Shown piece by piece: positions 27,435 to 37,829 of a stretch of 55,166 bases of DNA; position 1 is the stretch's first letter; every line of letters begins with the position of its first letter. The position numbers and the translations under genes are program-made. Under the pieces are notes generated by a model. The model was not told the origin of the DNA, searched no databases, and saw only the letters and a list, made by a program, of their open reading frames with translations. The stretch comes from a virus (Duplodnaviria; Caudoviricetes): positions 1 to 55,166 of the IMG/VR virus record IMGVR_UViG_3300021197_000131. One strand, 5' to 3'.

Positions 27435-27832
27435 TGCAATTAGACCTATTCCTTTTGGAAGAAAACTACAAGCCTTTGTCTGGTACAACGCAAGTATGTA
27501 AGCTATGCTCTAAAGAAAAGGATATTGTGCATTTTAATAAGCACATAGGGTTCAAGACAGGTATAGATAACAGGTGCAGGGCTTGCATAAAGAAAGAGAC
27601 TAAGGTACGCAATGAGTTAAAAGAAAGATTTAAACACCTAAAGAAAAATACGTGCGCCTGTTGCGGTAAGACACACCCTAAAAGTATGGTGTGCGACCAC
27701 GATCACAACACACTAAAATTCAGAGGATGGATATGTGATCCCTGCAATATGGGAATAGGCAAACTAGGAGATGATCTTGAGGGTATTGAGAAGGCTCTTG
27801 CATATTTAAAGGGACACTATGAACGAACTTGA
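27434..27832 (+). CDS. Endonuclease VII-like (HNH) nuclease
   Basis: CxxC pairs; CDHDH...RGWICDPCNMGIG; TAATG-coupled start MQLDLF. Confidence 0.85.
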   Translation: MQLDLFLLEENYKPLSGTTQVCKLCSKEKDIVHFNKHIGFKTGIDNRCRACIKKETKVRNELKERFKHLKKNTCACCGKTHPKSMVCDHDHNTLKFRGWICDPCNMGIGKLGDDLEGIEKALAYLKGHYERT

Positions 27833-28529
27833 ACCACCAAAGAAGCAAACACGGTCACGCCGAAAGACAAACTACAAGAACGCAGCTAACAAAAGAGTAT
27901 CAGGTTTTGTACCACGAACAGAGCGACAGAAGCAGCTATGGGATGCAATGCGTGACAGTACACAGGTCATGGTGCTTGGCCCTGCAGGTACAGGTAAGAC
28001 TTATGTAACAGCCACCCACGCTGCTGATCTGTATACACTGAAAGAGATTGACAGGATAGTTATAACTAGACCTCATATATCTGTAGGTAAAGACATAGGG
28101 TTTCTTCCGGGTTCACTTGAAGAGAAGACCTACCCATGGGCATTGCCTGTGCTTGACGTACTGCAGAAACACTTAGGTAAGGGCGCAGTAGACACAGCCA
28201 TAAAGAATGGTAACATTGAGATGTCGCCCTTGGCACTGATGCGAGGGCGTAGCTTTGATAGCTCCTTCATCATAGTAGATGAAACACAGAACATTACAAC
28301 GCATGAGCTAAAGATGTTGTTGACACGTGTGGGAGAAGGGAGTACAATAGTACTCAATGGCGATGCACAGCAGTCAGACTTAAAAGAAGCAGATGGTCTA
28401 TCTAAGATCATTCACTTAGCTAAGAAACATATGCTACCTGTACCCATCATTGAGTTTGGTGTAGAGGATATTGTACGTAGTGACATCTGTGCAGAGTGGG
28501 TAAAAGTATTTATGGATGAAGGCTTATGA
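27819..28529 (+). CDS. phoH: PhoH-like ATPase
   Basis: GPAGTGKT, GFLPG, MRGRSF, DETQN, GDAQQSDL. Confidence 0.95.
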   Translation: MNELEPPKKQTRSRRKTNYKNAANKRVSGFVPRTERQKQLWDAMRDSTQVMVLGPAGTGKTYVTATHAADLYTLKEIDRIVITRPHISVGKDIGFLPGSLEEKTYPWALPVLDVLQKHLGKGAVDTAIKNGNIEMSPLALMRGRSFDSSFIIVDETQNITTHELKMLLTRVGEGSTIVLNGDAQQSDLKEADGLSKIIHLAKKHMLPVPIIEFGVEDIVRSDICAEWVKVFMDEGL

Positions 28530-28729
28530 AACTAGAACAAGAAGCACAAGAATACCTAGAGGCTAAACGTAAGCAGCTTAACAATGACGTAGATAATACA
28601 TGGGCTGCTTTTGATATATTACTGGATGATGCATTGCTTGAGTCTGATGAAAAGATCAGTGCTTTACAAAGGCTGTACGAATGTTTGATGTGGGCTAGAC
28701 TAGCCATAAAGAACAACAAGATAAAATAA
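28526..28729 (+). CDS. Hypothetical protein
   Basis: 67 aa, last gene of the + arm. Confidence 0.65.
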   Translation: MKLEQEAQEYLEAKRKQLNNDVDNTWAAFDILLDDALLESDEKISALQRLYECLMWARLAIKNNKIK

Positions 28730-28756
28730 AAGGGGCTAAGCGCCCCTCTAAGTTTT
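28725..28756. terminator. Terminator hairpin between convergent arms
   Basis: AGGGGC-TAAGC-GCCCCT (28731-28747) with A-tract on the left. Confidence 0.7.
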
Positions 28757-31700
28757 ACATCTTGCCAACCTCTTCGTACATATCCTCAAGGTAGTCTATA
28801 AACTCTGCGTATATTTCTAACTCATTAAAGTTATAATCTCTTGGGCTACCAGTTATACCGTATGTAGCTTTTAGTAGCTTCTGTGCTTCACGCCTTATCT
28901 CTTTAGTACCCTTAGTATCTAATTTAGCAGCCATGCGTAGCCTTGCATTAGTACCACCTGTGTAACCTTCCTGCATCTCTTTACGTACATGCCTTTTCAT
29001 ATCAGACATTAAGGTTTTCAACATCTCACGTTTACCTGTGAGACTAGCCTTCTCAAATGCAGGTGTGTCAATAAGTCTCTGCGTCTGAGCCTCTAGGATA
29101 GGAGCTAGAAGACCATTGAACGCCTTATCATAGGCAGGTACATTAGTTCTTTCACTAGCAGTCCAAGGAAACATCTCTGCCATAGAGTATGCTTTCTCTG
29201 TAGCAGTTCGTCCCGGTTTTATAGTCAGACCAAAGATACGAGCAAATGGGTTGGCATCATATATCTCACCCTCACGTGTAGCTACCCTTAACTCTTCCCC
29301 TGTTATAGCATCTGTCTTGTCAATGAAAGCCTCTAGTATATTATCTATATACTTAGTAGAGGACTGAGTGAAGACATCAAAACCTCTAGCCTGTCTCACG
29401 TCCTTGGCTGTATCTGTACCCATAGCAAAGCCGATTGTTTTATTAACTGCGTCTAGCGGCCTTGTTACACCAGATAAAAAGTTACCTGCTACTTTGGCGA
29501 CACCTTCAAGCCCTGTGCTTCTAGCGCCCTCTTCTCTGTTCACCAAGATGTCTAGCAGATTGTTGATGTCATTACCAAACTGTGCATCACGTGCAAGCTG
29601 ACCTACACCTAGCTGAGTGCCTAGCTCTTGGTATACCTCTTTAGGTACTTCTTCTCCATTCAAAATCATATTACCCACACGACCTGCTGCTAGGAATATA
29701 GAGAAAGGGAATGTGTTCTTAGCGTCTACTATAGTACCACCACCTGCATCTACCTCATAGATACCTAGACCTTTAGCACGTCTTTCTGTGTCGTAATCTA
29801 TAGCCATAAGCAGACCTGTAGTGCCTACCATCATACGAGCAAATGCGTCACGCTCACTTATTGTAGTACCTTCTTGCTTAGCTGTTCTTTTTGCAAACTT
29901 AAAGAGAAGCTCTGGTGAAGCAAGTGGCGACCACTGATATGTAGTAGCAACTACGTTATTAAAGAAGCGCCCAAACGGTAGGATTGTACCAAGTCCCGGT
30001 GTGTTAGATATAGTCTCAACAAACCTAGCCGTAGTACGGATCAACTCACCCTGATCTGCTGTGGTGTAGTCTTTTGCGAACACAGACTTGAGTGTGGTGT
30101 CCAGTGCGCCCTGCAGAACTGTGTCATCAATTATGTTTTCTTCTGCTGACAGTGCTTCTTTTAGTGTAGTGCCTTTGTTGATACGTAGATATTTATCCAT
30201 CTCAGTCATAAACATCTGAGACTTAGTAAAGCTGTCCTGTATACGAACACCTGTTATCTGATTGGCTGCTTTAGCAAAAGCCTCAACGTTGTTAAAGACT
30301 TTACTGTTAGGGTCAAGTCCATACCTAGTAGCTGTAGCCTCAATGCCACCTGCCATAGTCTCAAACAAAATCTTTTGTAGGTCTTGGTTCTCTTCTAGGA
30401 ACTCCATATATACATCATGGGTAGTGTAAGGGTCTAGCAGATTACGCATCTTCTGACCCTGTATTGCAACATAAGCATGTGCCTGTTGGAAACTTTCTTT
30501 AGCTGCCTCTCTGTTATACGCAGATTGACCTAACCCTTTAGTCATTAAAGCCGTGGCATTAAACAGATCAGCTAAAGTAGAACCTACATAGTACTGACTA
30601 AAACCTGCTACGTTGACAGCCGTTGTTGCAGGAGATGAAACAAGCAAACGCTTCCACACAGATTGACCATAGCGAAGTTTGTCTGCTTTCTTTAGCTCTT
30701 TAGCTATTTCATCCTTAGCCTCTATCTCATCAAGCGTTGCAGCCATCTTGTCGTTAGCGGCAACAATACCTGCATCCAGTGTTTTACGAACTTGAGACAT
30801 AACGTTGAGTGTCTTAGCTGATCTATTTATTTCACTAGCAAGCATGTCACTCATTGTTATCTGTGAACCAGACATATCACCTAGACTTAGACCTGTATAT
30901 TTATTTAACTCTTTGTTAATTCTAGTTAGCTCTTCCTGTGGCATAGACCTAGCAACATTAGTCATAACATCTGATAGGTGTTTTTCTCTACCAATCTTAA
31001 AACCACTGTCTTTAAATACTTTAGCCAGACCACCCTTACCATCTGATCCTATCATTATATTCTGAATTAGCTCTGCAGGAAAAGCTCTATTCTCATATGC
31101 ACTGCCACGTGCTACCTTAGTATTCCAATCTTCAATCTCTTTCATCACAGTCTTAGCTGCACCCTTTGCTGCTTCCTTGTCAAGCATAGGTGTGTATTCT
31201 TCTATGATGTTGTTAGTTACTTTGTCTAGAGCAGAGCTTGTTTCCTTTAAGCCTGATGATCCACGAAACGCACCTGCGGCTAACTGTGCAGCACCTGCTA
31301 CACCACCTAGAACAGAAGAGAAGCCTGTCTGTAGTAAGCTATATTCTTCTTGTGCGCCTACATCAATCATAACATTCTGAGCCATGATGTCTTGCATCAC
31401 AGCAGCAGACGCATCTAGTGCTACTGTCTGTTTCAATGAGCGTGTTGCAGCAGTCTCAAACAACTCTGCTTGCTTCTTAGCCATAGCATCTTTAGCTAAC
31501 GCACGTCTACCTTCATTGGCAACTCTCTTAGCTACTTGTTCATTTACTTTGCTTGCTGCTTTTTCAGTCATGCCTTTAGCAACTGCACGTCTAGCTGCTT
31601 CTATACCTGCCCTCTGTGCAGCTTCCTTGGCTGCTGCTCTACCTGCACCACTCTGTGCAGCTTGCATACCTGCTTGTCTCACCGCAAGTTTGACCGCTTG

Positions 31701-32195
31701 TTTACCTGTAAGACTTACACCTGCTGCACCTGCACGTGCCACACCACCAGTAAGCAAACCAAGATAGTTGGTAGGGTCTTTAGCTGCAGCAAACACGTAG
31801 TCTTTAATGCCATCCACTGCACCCATAAGACCGTCATTCACAAAGACGTTACCTAGTTGGTCATAAATCTGATAGGCTTTCTCAGCCTTTGCTTTACGGT
31901 TATCATCTGCCTTACTAATAAAGCGTACCTCTCCTGCAGTAGACACAGTATTAGCATTGAAGTAACGCATGTGATCTACAAAGTCTTCCACTACTTCATC
32001 AGCTTCTTTGTCTTTGTAGTCTACGCCCTTACGCTCTATCATGTAGTCACGAATAGGGTTAAGGTACTGGTATCTTTTAAGATCATCCTTCTTTAGGGTT
32101 GCACCTGTGTCAAACAGTTCTTCGTCTACAGGCTGTTGATCTGTAGAGCTTGATCCGTTTGACTTAGCCCACTCTTGTAGTTCATAATAATCCAT
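28755..32195 (-). CDS. Large internal virion (ejection) protein
   Basis: 1146 aa, Ala/Gly-rich helical, last gene of the structural arm as in other podoviruses. Confidence 0.7.
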   Translation of the reverse strand: MDYYELQEWAKSNGSSSTDQQPVDEELFDTGATLKKDDLKRYQYLNPIRDYMIERKGVDYKDKEADEVVEDFVDHMRYFNANTVSTAGEVRFISKADDNRKAKAEKAYQIYDQLGNVFVNDGLMGAVDGIKDYVFAAAKDPTNYLGLLTGGVARAGAAGVSLTGKQAVKLAVRQAGMQAAQSGAGRAAAKEAAQRAGIEAARRAVAKGMTEKAASKVNEQVAKRVANEGRRALAKDAMAKKQAELFETAATRSLKQTVALDASAAVMQDIMAQNVMIDVGAQEEYSLLQTGFSSVLGGVAGAAQLAAGAFRGSSGLKETSSALDKVTNNIIEEYTPMLDKEAAKGAAKTVMKEIEDWNTKVARGSAYENRAFPAELIQNIMIGSDGKGGLAKVFKDSGFKIGREKHLSDVMTNVARSMPQEELTRINKELNKYTGLSLGDMSGSQITMSDMLASEINRSAKTLNVMSQVRKTLDAGIVAANDKMAATLDEIEAKDEIAKELKKADKLRYGQSVWKRLLVSSPATTAVNVAGFSQYYVGSTLADLFNATALMTKGLGQSAYNREAAKESFQQAHAYVAIQGQKMRNLLDPYTTHDVYMEFLEENQDLQKILFETMAGGIEATATRYGLDPNSKVFNNVEAFAKAANQITGVRIQDSFTKSQMFMTEMDKYLRINKGTTLKEALSAEENIIDDTVLQGALDTTLKSVFAKDYTTADQGELIRTTARFVETISNTPGLGTILPFGRFFNNVVATTYQWSPLASPELLFKFAKRTAKQEGTTISERDAFARMMVGTTGLLMAIDYDTERRAKGLGIYEVDAGGGTIVDAKNTFPFSIFLAAGRVGNMILNGEEVPKEVYQELGTQLGVGQLARDAQFGNDINNLLDILVNREEGARSTGLEGVAKVAGNFLSGVTRPLDAVNKTIGFAMGTDTAKDVRQARGFDVFTQSSTKYIDNILEAFIDKTDAITGEELRVATREGEIYDANPFARIFGLTIKPGRTATEKAYSMAEMFPWTASERTNVPAYDKAFNGLLAPILEAQTQRLIDTPAFEKASLTGKREMLKTLMSDMKRHVRKEMQEGYTGGTNARLRMAAKLDTKGTKEIRREAQKLLKATYGITGSPRDYNFNELEIYAEFIDYLEDMYEEVGKM

Positions 32196-32205
32196 ACTAT
32201 ATTAC

Positions 32206-33711
32206 CTAGTCTCTTTTAGCAAACTTACTAACTAATGTGGTAGTTATCTTTTTCTTAGTAGGTTTTTCACCTTCACGATATGTTTCTATAGTAATGTCTG
32301 GTCTAAAGCCCTCAAAGAAACTGTCATCCATAGAAGCAAGCTGCTCAGCAGTTACATGATAAGAACCTATACGCCCTCTAACTTTAATCTTGTATGTGTC
32401 CTGTGTTCCCTCTGTCTTGAGGTTCATGTTTATGTTGCGCTCTTCTAATAGTTCGTCTACCTCATCTCTAAAGTGCTTTGACATTCCACCTGCTTTACTT
32501 TCAGGCAAGCCTAGACGTTTACGTGTGCCTCTGCTCATCTTGTTCCACTGCTCTCTAGTATAGAACTCTATTACTTCTTCGTCTACATTTTCACCAATAG
32601 TGAATTTGTCTTTAAGTACTTCTTTTTGAGCAGGTGTTAGCGGTGTTGCTTTAGGGTATTTAACATCATCCTCAGAAACAGGTGTTACTGGTTCAACAGG
32701 TTGATCTGCGTCCATCTTTTCTGTAATAACAGTATCTACTTCTTGTTGCACCACCTCTTCTTCATCAGGTGCTTCCGTTGCATACAATTCCATAAGATCA
32801 TTTAAATAGGTTTCCCCCATAACAGTTTTTATTTGTTGTGTAGCTAACTTGTTATTAAAGAAACCACCTGCATAGTATGTCTCAGCAAAGTAGTCTATTA
32901 AAGGCTTAGCAGCAGTTGTTTGTAAGTACTGTTGCGCAGTTTGGGCTGCAACATTAGGGTCTTCCCCATTGTCTATGGCGTTATTCCTTGCACGTTTTAT
33001 ATAATCTTTACCTGCTGAAGAACCAACTGCATCTGACATAGCTTTGGTTATTTTAGTGTTGAAATCTAAAGCAGCCTCTGCTGTAAAGTAATCTACATCT
33101 GCAAACGTCATGTAAGCGCCACCAATAAGCTGCTGATACTCTGCTTGTTTAGACATAGCATTGATGTCTGCAACAGTCATACCACCCATGTAGTCTGTCT
33201 CAGCTAGTTTTTGTTTGGTTCTGTCCATAGCACCAAAGCCGAAGAGCCTACCTACAATGTTAGTATCGTCTTCTACTGCAGCCCTATCTATAGGCATTGC
33301 ACCATAAGTACGCTTAGCAAAGTCGTCCAGTGAACCGTCCATCATCTCAGTATTAACAGCAGGAATACTAGGCATATTTACAATGGCTTCAATGTCAGCA
33401 TCCCCTAATGTCTTAACACCCTTCTGCTCCACTGCTTGCTGTAGCTTCTGATTTAGTTCAGTTATACCTGTCATACCAGAAGACATAGCAGTTCTAACCT
33501 GCGCCTCACTTGCACCTAGAGCCATAGCACGTCTACCTATCTGTGCCGCTTGTTGCGCTCTCATGGTACGCTGCTGAACAAGAGCAGCATTACGATCTGC
33601 TGCGTCTGTCTGTTGCTTTCCAAAATCTTTAGCTTCTTCCCTACGTTCTTCAATGCCTTTAGTAAGCCTACCTAAAAATTGTGCAAGAAATGCGTCTTTA
33701 TCAAATTTCAT
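32206..33711 (-). CDS. Putative internal virion protein
   Basis: 501 aa; position and composition. Confidence 0.6.
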   Translation of the reverse strand: MKFDKDAFLAQFLGRLTKGIEERREEAKDFGKQQTDAADRNAALVQQRTMRAQQAAQIGRRAMALGASEAQVRTAMSSGMTGITELNQKLQQAVEQKGVKTLGDADIEAIVNMPSIPAVNTEMMDGSLDDFAKRTYGAMPIDRAAVEDDTNIVGRLFGFGAMDRTKQKLAETDYMGGMTVADINAMSKQAEYQQLIGGAYMTFADVDYFTAEAALDFNTKITKAMSDAVGSSAGKDYIKRARNNAIDNGEDPNVAAQTAQQYLQTTAAKPLIDYFAETYYAGGFFNNKLATQQIKTVMGETYLNDLMELYATEAPDEEEVVQQEVDTVITEKMDADQPVEPVTPVSEDDVKYPKATPLTPAQKEVLKDKFTIGENVDEEVIEFYTREQWNKMSRGTRKRLGLPESKAGGMSKHFRDEVDELLEERNINMNLKTEGTQDTYKIKVRGRIGSYHVTAEQLASMDDSFFEGFRPDITIETYREGEKPTKKKITTTLVSKFAKRD

Positions 33712-33715
33712 TATA

Positions 33716-34249
33716 TTAACCCTTTGCCATCAAACCCATAGGTTTGTCTTCTTGTGTTGTTTCTTCTTCTACAACAGGCTCTTCTGCCTCTACCATTTCA
33801 CTAAGCATTTGCTTGCCGGGATCAGACATATCAGAACCTTCATCCTTTAGATACTTAGTAGCCAGAAGCATGAAGCGGTTCATCTCAGCTTTCTCTGCTT
33901 GTTTCTGTGGGTCTTTACCACTGTCTTTTACTGTGACACCCATAGCTTCAATAGACTGTTTCAAGAAAGCGTGTATTACAGGTGCTACTACAATACCTGC
34001 ATCTAGTGTGTGTAAGCCACGCATAACACCCTGCAGGTAGGTACTCTCTACAATGGGTGCTAGAGATACACCTGCTTCACACATAGCAGCAAAGTCATCA
34101 AGAACATCCTGATTGGCTAGGCGTTCAATGTAGTACTTAGCTACATCCTCTACATTAGCCATCTCTGGTGGTTGCTCCCATGGGTTGTTACGTGGTTCGT
34201 CTGTTAAAGACTGTCCGGGAATGGGTCTATCAAATGCTGTTGTAGCCAT
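33716..34249 (-). CDS. Putative virion protein
   Basis: 177 aa; PIPGQSLT...PWEQPP, ends GLMAKG. Confidence 0.6.
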   Translation of the reverse strand: MATTAFDRPIPGQSLTDEPRNNPWEQPPEMANVEDVAKYYIERLANQDVLDDFAAMCEAGVSLAPIVESTYLQGVMRGLHTLDAGIVVAPVIHAFLKQSIEAMGVTVKDSGKDPQKQAEKAEMNRFMLLATKYLKDEGSDMSDPGKQMLSEMVEAEEPVVEEETTQEDKPMGLMAKG

Positions 34250-34257
34250 AATGTATC

Positions 34258-34701
34258 CTATTTAGTAAATCCTGCACCAAAGTAAAGTCCTACAATGGCT
34301 GAAACTATGTGTGTGTCTAGTGGGGTGATAACGAAACCTTCTGCGTACTTCCATTGTATTGCCTCTGCAGGTCCGAACAGCCAGTTAAGTATGCCACCTG
34401 TTGCTTCTGTGTACCCTACGAATACACCAACATCAGGATACCACACTGCGACTAGCTTTGGCAAGACAATAATGCTGAATACTGCAGATAATGCTATAAG
34501 TCTACGTGTCCAAGCGAAGTGTTTATCTGTTCTACCTGCGTCACGTGCATCTGCTACAGCACTACGGTTGAACTCTGCACGTTGCATTAGCATCTCCTGC
34601 TGCTGCTGACGTGACTTCATGCTCTGCCCCCATATAGACATTACTCCACCAAGGACGGTAGAGAAGAGCATGGTTATGAGTTCTAAGGGTAAGCCTAACA
34701 T
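34258..34701 (-). CDS. Membrane protein, holin candidate
   Basis: Three hydrophobic segments, WTRR and GLYFG; next to the muramidase. Confidence 0.55.
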   Translation of the reverse strand: MLGLPLELITMLFSTVLGGVMSIWGQSMKSRQQQQEMLMQRAEFNRSAVADARDAGRTDKHFAWTRRLIALSAVFSIIVLPKLVAVWYPDVGVFVGYTEATGGILNWLFGPAEAIQWKYAEGFVITPLDTHIVSAIVGLYFGAGFTK

Positions 34702-34704
34702 TAT

Positions 34705-35946
34705 CTAAAATACCGCCAGTTCGCCTAATGAATTGTCGCTATGTAAAGACCTAGTAGTAGGCTCAAACCTATTCAACTCATTACCCTGAGCATCTTTCCA
34801 TATAAATATAGGAGTTTGCCTTGTACCTGCTGTTTCCACGGTTGCAATAGGAACGTAACCCCTTATGGCCCTGCCTATTATGTTAGCTTCTATAGCCCTT
34901 CGTTTGCTTAAACCAGACATAACACGTTCTTCATTTCCTGCAGCAGGGTCAGCAGCAGAAATGGTGTCTTTCATTTCATCTATAAAACCTTCAAGATTAT
35001 TAGAACGTAACTCTCTTAGTTGGTTTGTATAAAATTTACCAGTGTTCCATAAGAAACTTTGCAACCCTAGCTCCACATTCTTATCTAAGTCTGTGGTAAA
35101 TACATCAGGGTACAGACCTTCCATATCCTTTCTGTACTCTGTAGCAAAAGCCCTAGCAAAGTCTTCCATGTTATCATAGTCTTCTGGTATCATATTATAC
35201 TTATTGGCTCTTGCTACCGTTATACCGTAGTCATAGGTAGGTTCTAAATCTCCTAAAACAGTATCACCACCCAGACCTTCTACCTCTAGTATCTCAGGAA
35301 TAAAGGTATCTAAGTAAGCATCCATCTCAAGTTCATCATACGACTCTCGTAGATCACCGTCCTTACCGTCTAAGCGAGGTGACATCAAGCCGCCGCCCTC
35401 AGAAGCCATACGCTTAATTGCAGCAGCCTCTTGATCTGCTAGTTCCTGTTGTTCTGCTTCTGTAGTACCCTCTATTGCAGGTGCAAGCTCTCCTGTTTGG
35501 ATAGCAGGTTGTGTAGGTACAGCACGATAGGGTGTAGTTGCATCTGAGACAGTCATTTCAGGTAAGCCATACTCAACTATGTCACCGTCTGGACCTATAC
35601 CCATAGTACCTGTTGTTGACTTAGGCTCATCATCATCTTGGAATGCACCCTTACCAGAAGGAAAGGTTGTACCATAAGGATTGTCAGGGTCTGTAAAACC
35701 TCTAGCGCCACCCTCATACTCTTTTCCAAGGGTAAACTCAGGTTTGCTATATAGCTTAATAGGGTCAGGCTTAGGCGCAGGTCTACCAAACCTAGCTTGA
35801 GCTTTATCAAATGCTGATCCTGCTTTGTCTAACCACGTAGGCTCAGGCTTGTCTGCCCTCTTTTTATTGCTAGTACCCAAGCCGCCTGACTTAGTGTCTA
35901 TAGTAGGCTTACTCTCTACGGAGGGTTCAAATGGTCTATATAACAT
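34705..35946 (-). CDS. Protein with C-terminal lysozyme-like domain (virion-associated muramidase or endolysin)
   Basis: EVEG...TYDYGIT, SFLWNTG, GLSKRRAIE (GH24-like); likely start ATG 35946. Confidence 0.65.
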   Translation of the reverse strand: MLYRPFEPSVESKPTIDTKSGGLGTSNKKRADKPEPTWLDKAGSAFDKAQARFGRPAPKPDPIKLYSKPEFTLGKEYEGGARGFTDPDNPYGTTFPSGKGAFQDDDEPKSTTGTMGIGPDGDIVEYGLPEMTVSDATTPYRAVPTQPAIQTGELAPAIEGTTEAEQQELADQEAAAIKRMASEGGGLMSPRLDGKDGDLRESYDELEMDAYLDTFIPEILEVEGLGGDTVLGDLEPTYDYGITVARANKYNMIPEDYDNMEDFARAFATEYRKDMEGLYPDVFTTDLDKNVELGLQSFLWNTGKFYTNQLRELRSNNLEGFIDEMKDTISAADPAAGNEERVMSGLSKRRAIEANIIGRAIRGYVPIATVETAGTRQTPIFIWKDAQGNELNRFEPTTRSLHSDNSLGELAVF

Positions 35947-35956
35947 ACTTATACCT

Positions 35957-37828
35957 TTATGTGAATATATAACTTGCAGCTTCGTCTGCGATTGCGCCCA
36001 AGAAAGCCCCGGCTGCAGCACTAAGTAAGCTACCACTATCATCATCTTCTGCTCCGATTTTAGCGATAGCAATAGCTGAATCCCTCTGTGATGCGTTTTC
36101 TGCTGACTGCCAAGCCCATGACAGAATATCTCTTTCACGTTGTACTATATTATTATATGCAGTCATTGTCAAGTTATTTGCTTGAAGTGCTGCATCACGA
36201 TTGGCTTGGTTCTGTGCGGCGTTCTCTGCTGTTGTAATACTCTGCGCCCATGCAGTGTTTGCTTGCGCTACAATCAAGTGGTTCTGTGCATTAAACTGAT
36301 CACGTGCATTGTCCTGTGCTGTGTTAAATTGAGCTAAAGCATTTATCTCACCTGCATTAAAGCGTTCCTGTGCATCCTTACGGTTTGCATTGTCTAGTTG
36401 AACCTGTGTTTGGATACTAGCCATGAATTGCTTCGTCTGGTTCTCTGATGTAGCATTAAACTGTTTGGTTGCGTTCTCTGCAGCAGTATCACTCAGGATA
36501 GCGTTAGCACGTTCCTGTGCTTTAAACAATGATGTCTGCTGTTCATTGTCTAGGTTAGCCATGTCCATAGCTAAGAAGTTCTTTGCGTTCTCTACATTAG
36601 CTATCTGTTGATTACTCAGGTTAGTCAGGTCCATCTGAGACATAGCTGCAGCATCTGATAGTACCTTGGCGTTCTTAGCATTTAGGTTGGCTACGTTCAT
36701 GGTGTTAGCCATACGAGCATTCTCTAGTGCTACCTGCTGCTCAGCCGTAAAGTTAATGTTAGCTATGTCACTGATCTTAGCAGCGTTAGCTACACGTGCT
36801 TGAAACTCTTGGTCAAACTCCATGCCTAAAAACTTAGCACGTTCCTGTGCGCCTAGCATTGCAGCCTGTTGTCTGTTAGACAGGTTCTGCTCTTCAAACC
36901 TTGCAAAGGTCTGTGCATCTGCCATAGCTACAGGTAGAGCAGATTCCATAGCAGACTGTATAATAGCCTGACCTGCCATAGAGCTAGAACCTAAACCACG
37001 TGAGGCCATAGCAGAGGCTGCTGCTCTCATAGCACCTGCTGCCCATGGTGGCGGCTCACTACCCTCAAAGTCTTCCATCAAGCCTGTAAGCTGACCCTGT
37101 ACAGTTGCCTCTGTAGAGGGTGATCCTGTAGCCGCCTCAAAGTTTACCTCTTTCTTGACACGCTCCATGTCAACAGTAGAGCCTTCAATCATCTCACCTT
37201 CTTCAACCTTACGAGGTGCGACCTTCTCTACCTTAGCAGCTTCGCCTTGAGCAGCCTCTAGTTTAAGGGCTGATAGTTTTGCAGGATCGCCTTGTGCAGC
37301 CTCAACCTGTGCTTCTTCTGAGACTTCACCCTTAGCTGCCTCTACATCTTTCAGAACTTTATCTACTTCATCTGATGCTTTAGTGGTGTCAACTGTAGTT
37401 GTCACTATATCAGCAGGGGCATCTACTTTAGCTGCATCTCCTGCTTTCGTGACCTCTGCCTGTGCAGCATCACCTGCCTGACCTGTAGTTGTAGCAATAG
37501 TACCCTCTTGCTTTTGCTCATCTGTAGTCTTAGCTATATCTGCTTCTGTGACTAACTTAGTAGGATCAGCAGTAATGGCCTTAGTGAACTTATTACCTGA
37601 AGTCTCTTCTGGTTTTTTAGTATCACCACCTTCAGCCATCTTAACAGGCGCACCCTCAATAACACGCCTAGCAGCGAGAGTATACTTACCCATCTTAGCT
37701 GCTGCTGCAGGGTTAGCCGCTAGGAAAGCGTTAATACCTGCCTGTGTCATAGGGCCATCATACCCTAAAGCAGGTAGTATTTTCTTTTGCATTGTTTCAG
37801 GTTTAAATCCTGCGAATTTCTTAGCCAT
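35957..37828 (-). CDS. Putative internal virion protein (Ala/Gln/Asn coiled coil)
   Basis: 623 aa; MASRGLGSSSMAG and repeated QFNA motifs. Confidence 0.65.
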   Translation of the reverse strand: MAKKFAGFKPETMQKKILPALGYDGPMTQAGINAFLAANPAAAAKMGKYTLAARRVIEGAPVKMAEGGDTKKPEETSGNKFTKAITADPTKLVTEADIAKTTDEQKQEGTIATTTGQAGDAAQAEVTKAGDAAKVDAPADIVTTTVDTTKASDEVDKVLKDVEAAKGEVSEEAQVEAAQGDPAKLSALKLEAAQGEAAKVEKVAPRKVEEGEMIEGSTVDMERVKKEVNFEAATGSPSTEATVQGQLTGLMEDFEGSEPPPWAAGAMRAAASAMASRGLGSSSMAGQAIIQSAMESALPVAMADAQTFARFEEQNLSNRQQAAMLGAQERAKFLGMEFDQEFQARVANAAKISDIANINFTAEQQVALENARMANTMNVANLNAKNAKVLSDAAAMSQMDLTNLSNQQIANVENAKNFLAMDMANLDNEQQTSLFKAQERANAILSDTAAENATKQFNATSENQTKQFMASIQTQVQLDNANRKDAQERFNAGEINALAQFNTAQDNARDQFNAQNHLIVAQANTAWAQSITTAENAAQNQANRDAALQANNLTMTAYNNIVQRERDILSWAWQSAENASQRDSAIAIAKIGAEDDDSGSLLSAAAGAFLGAIADEAASYIFT

Positions 37829-37829
37829 A

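Noticed and set aside
17513-28529. thyX, mazG, nrdJ, glutaredoxin and phoH as novelty
   Set aside because: Common auxiliary genes in marine phages
35947-36138. Tracked N-terminal extensions (also 8912-9052, 14856-14936, 27371-27433)
   Set aside because: They overlap neighbouring genes, and better coupled ATG starts lie downstream
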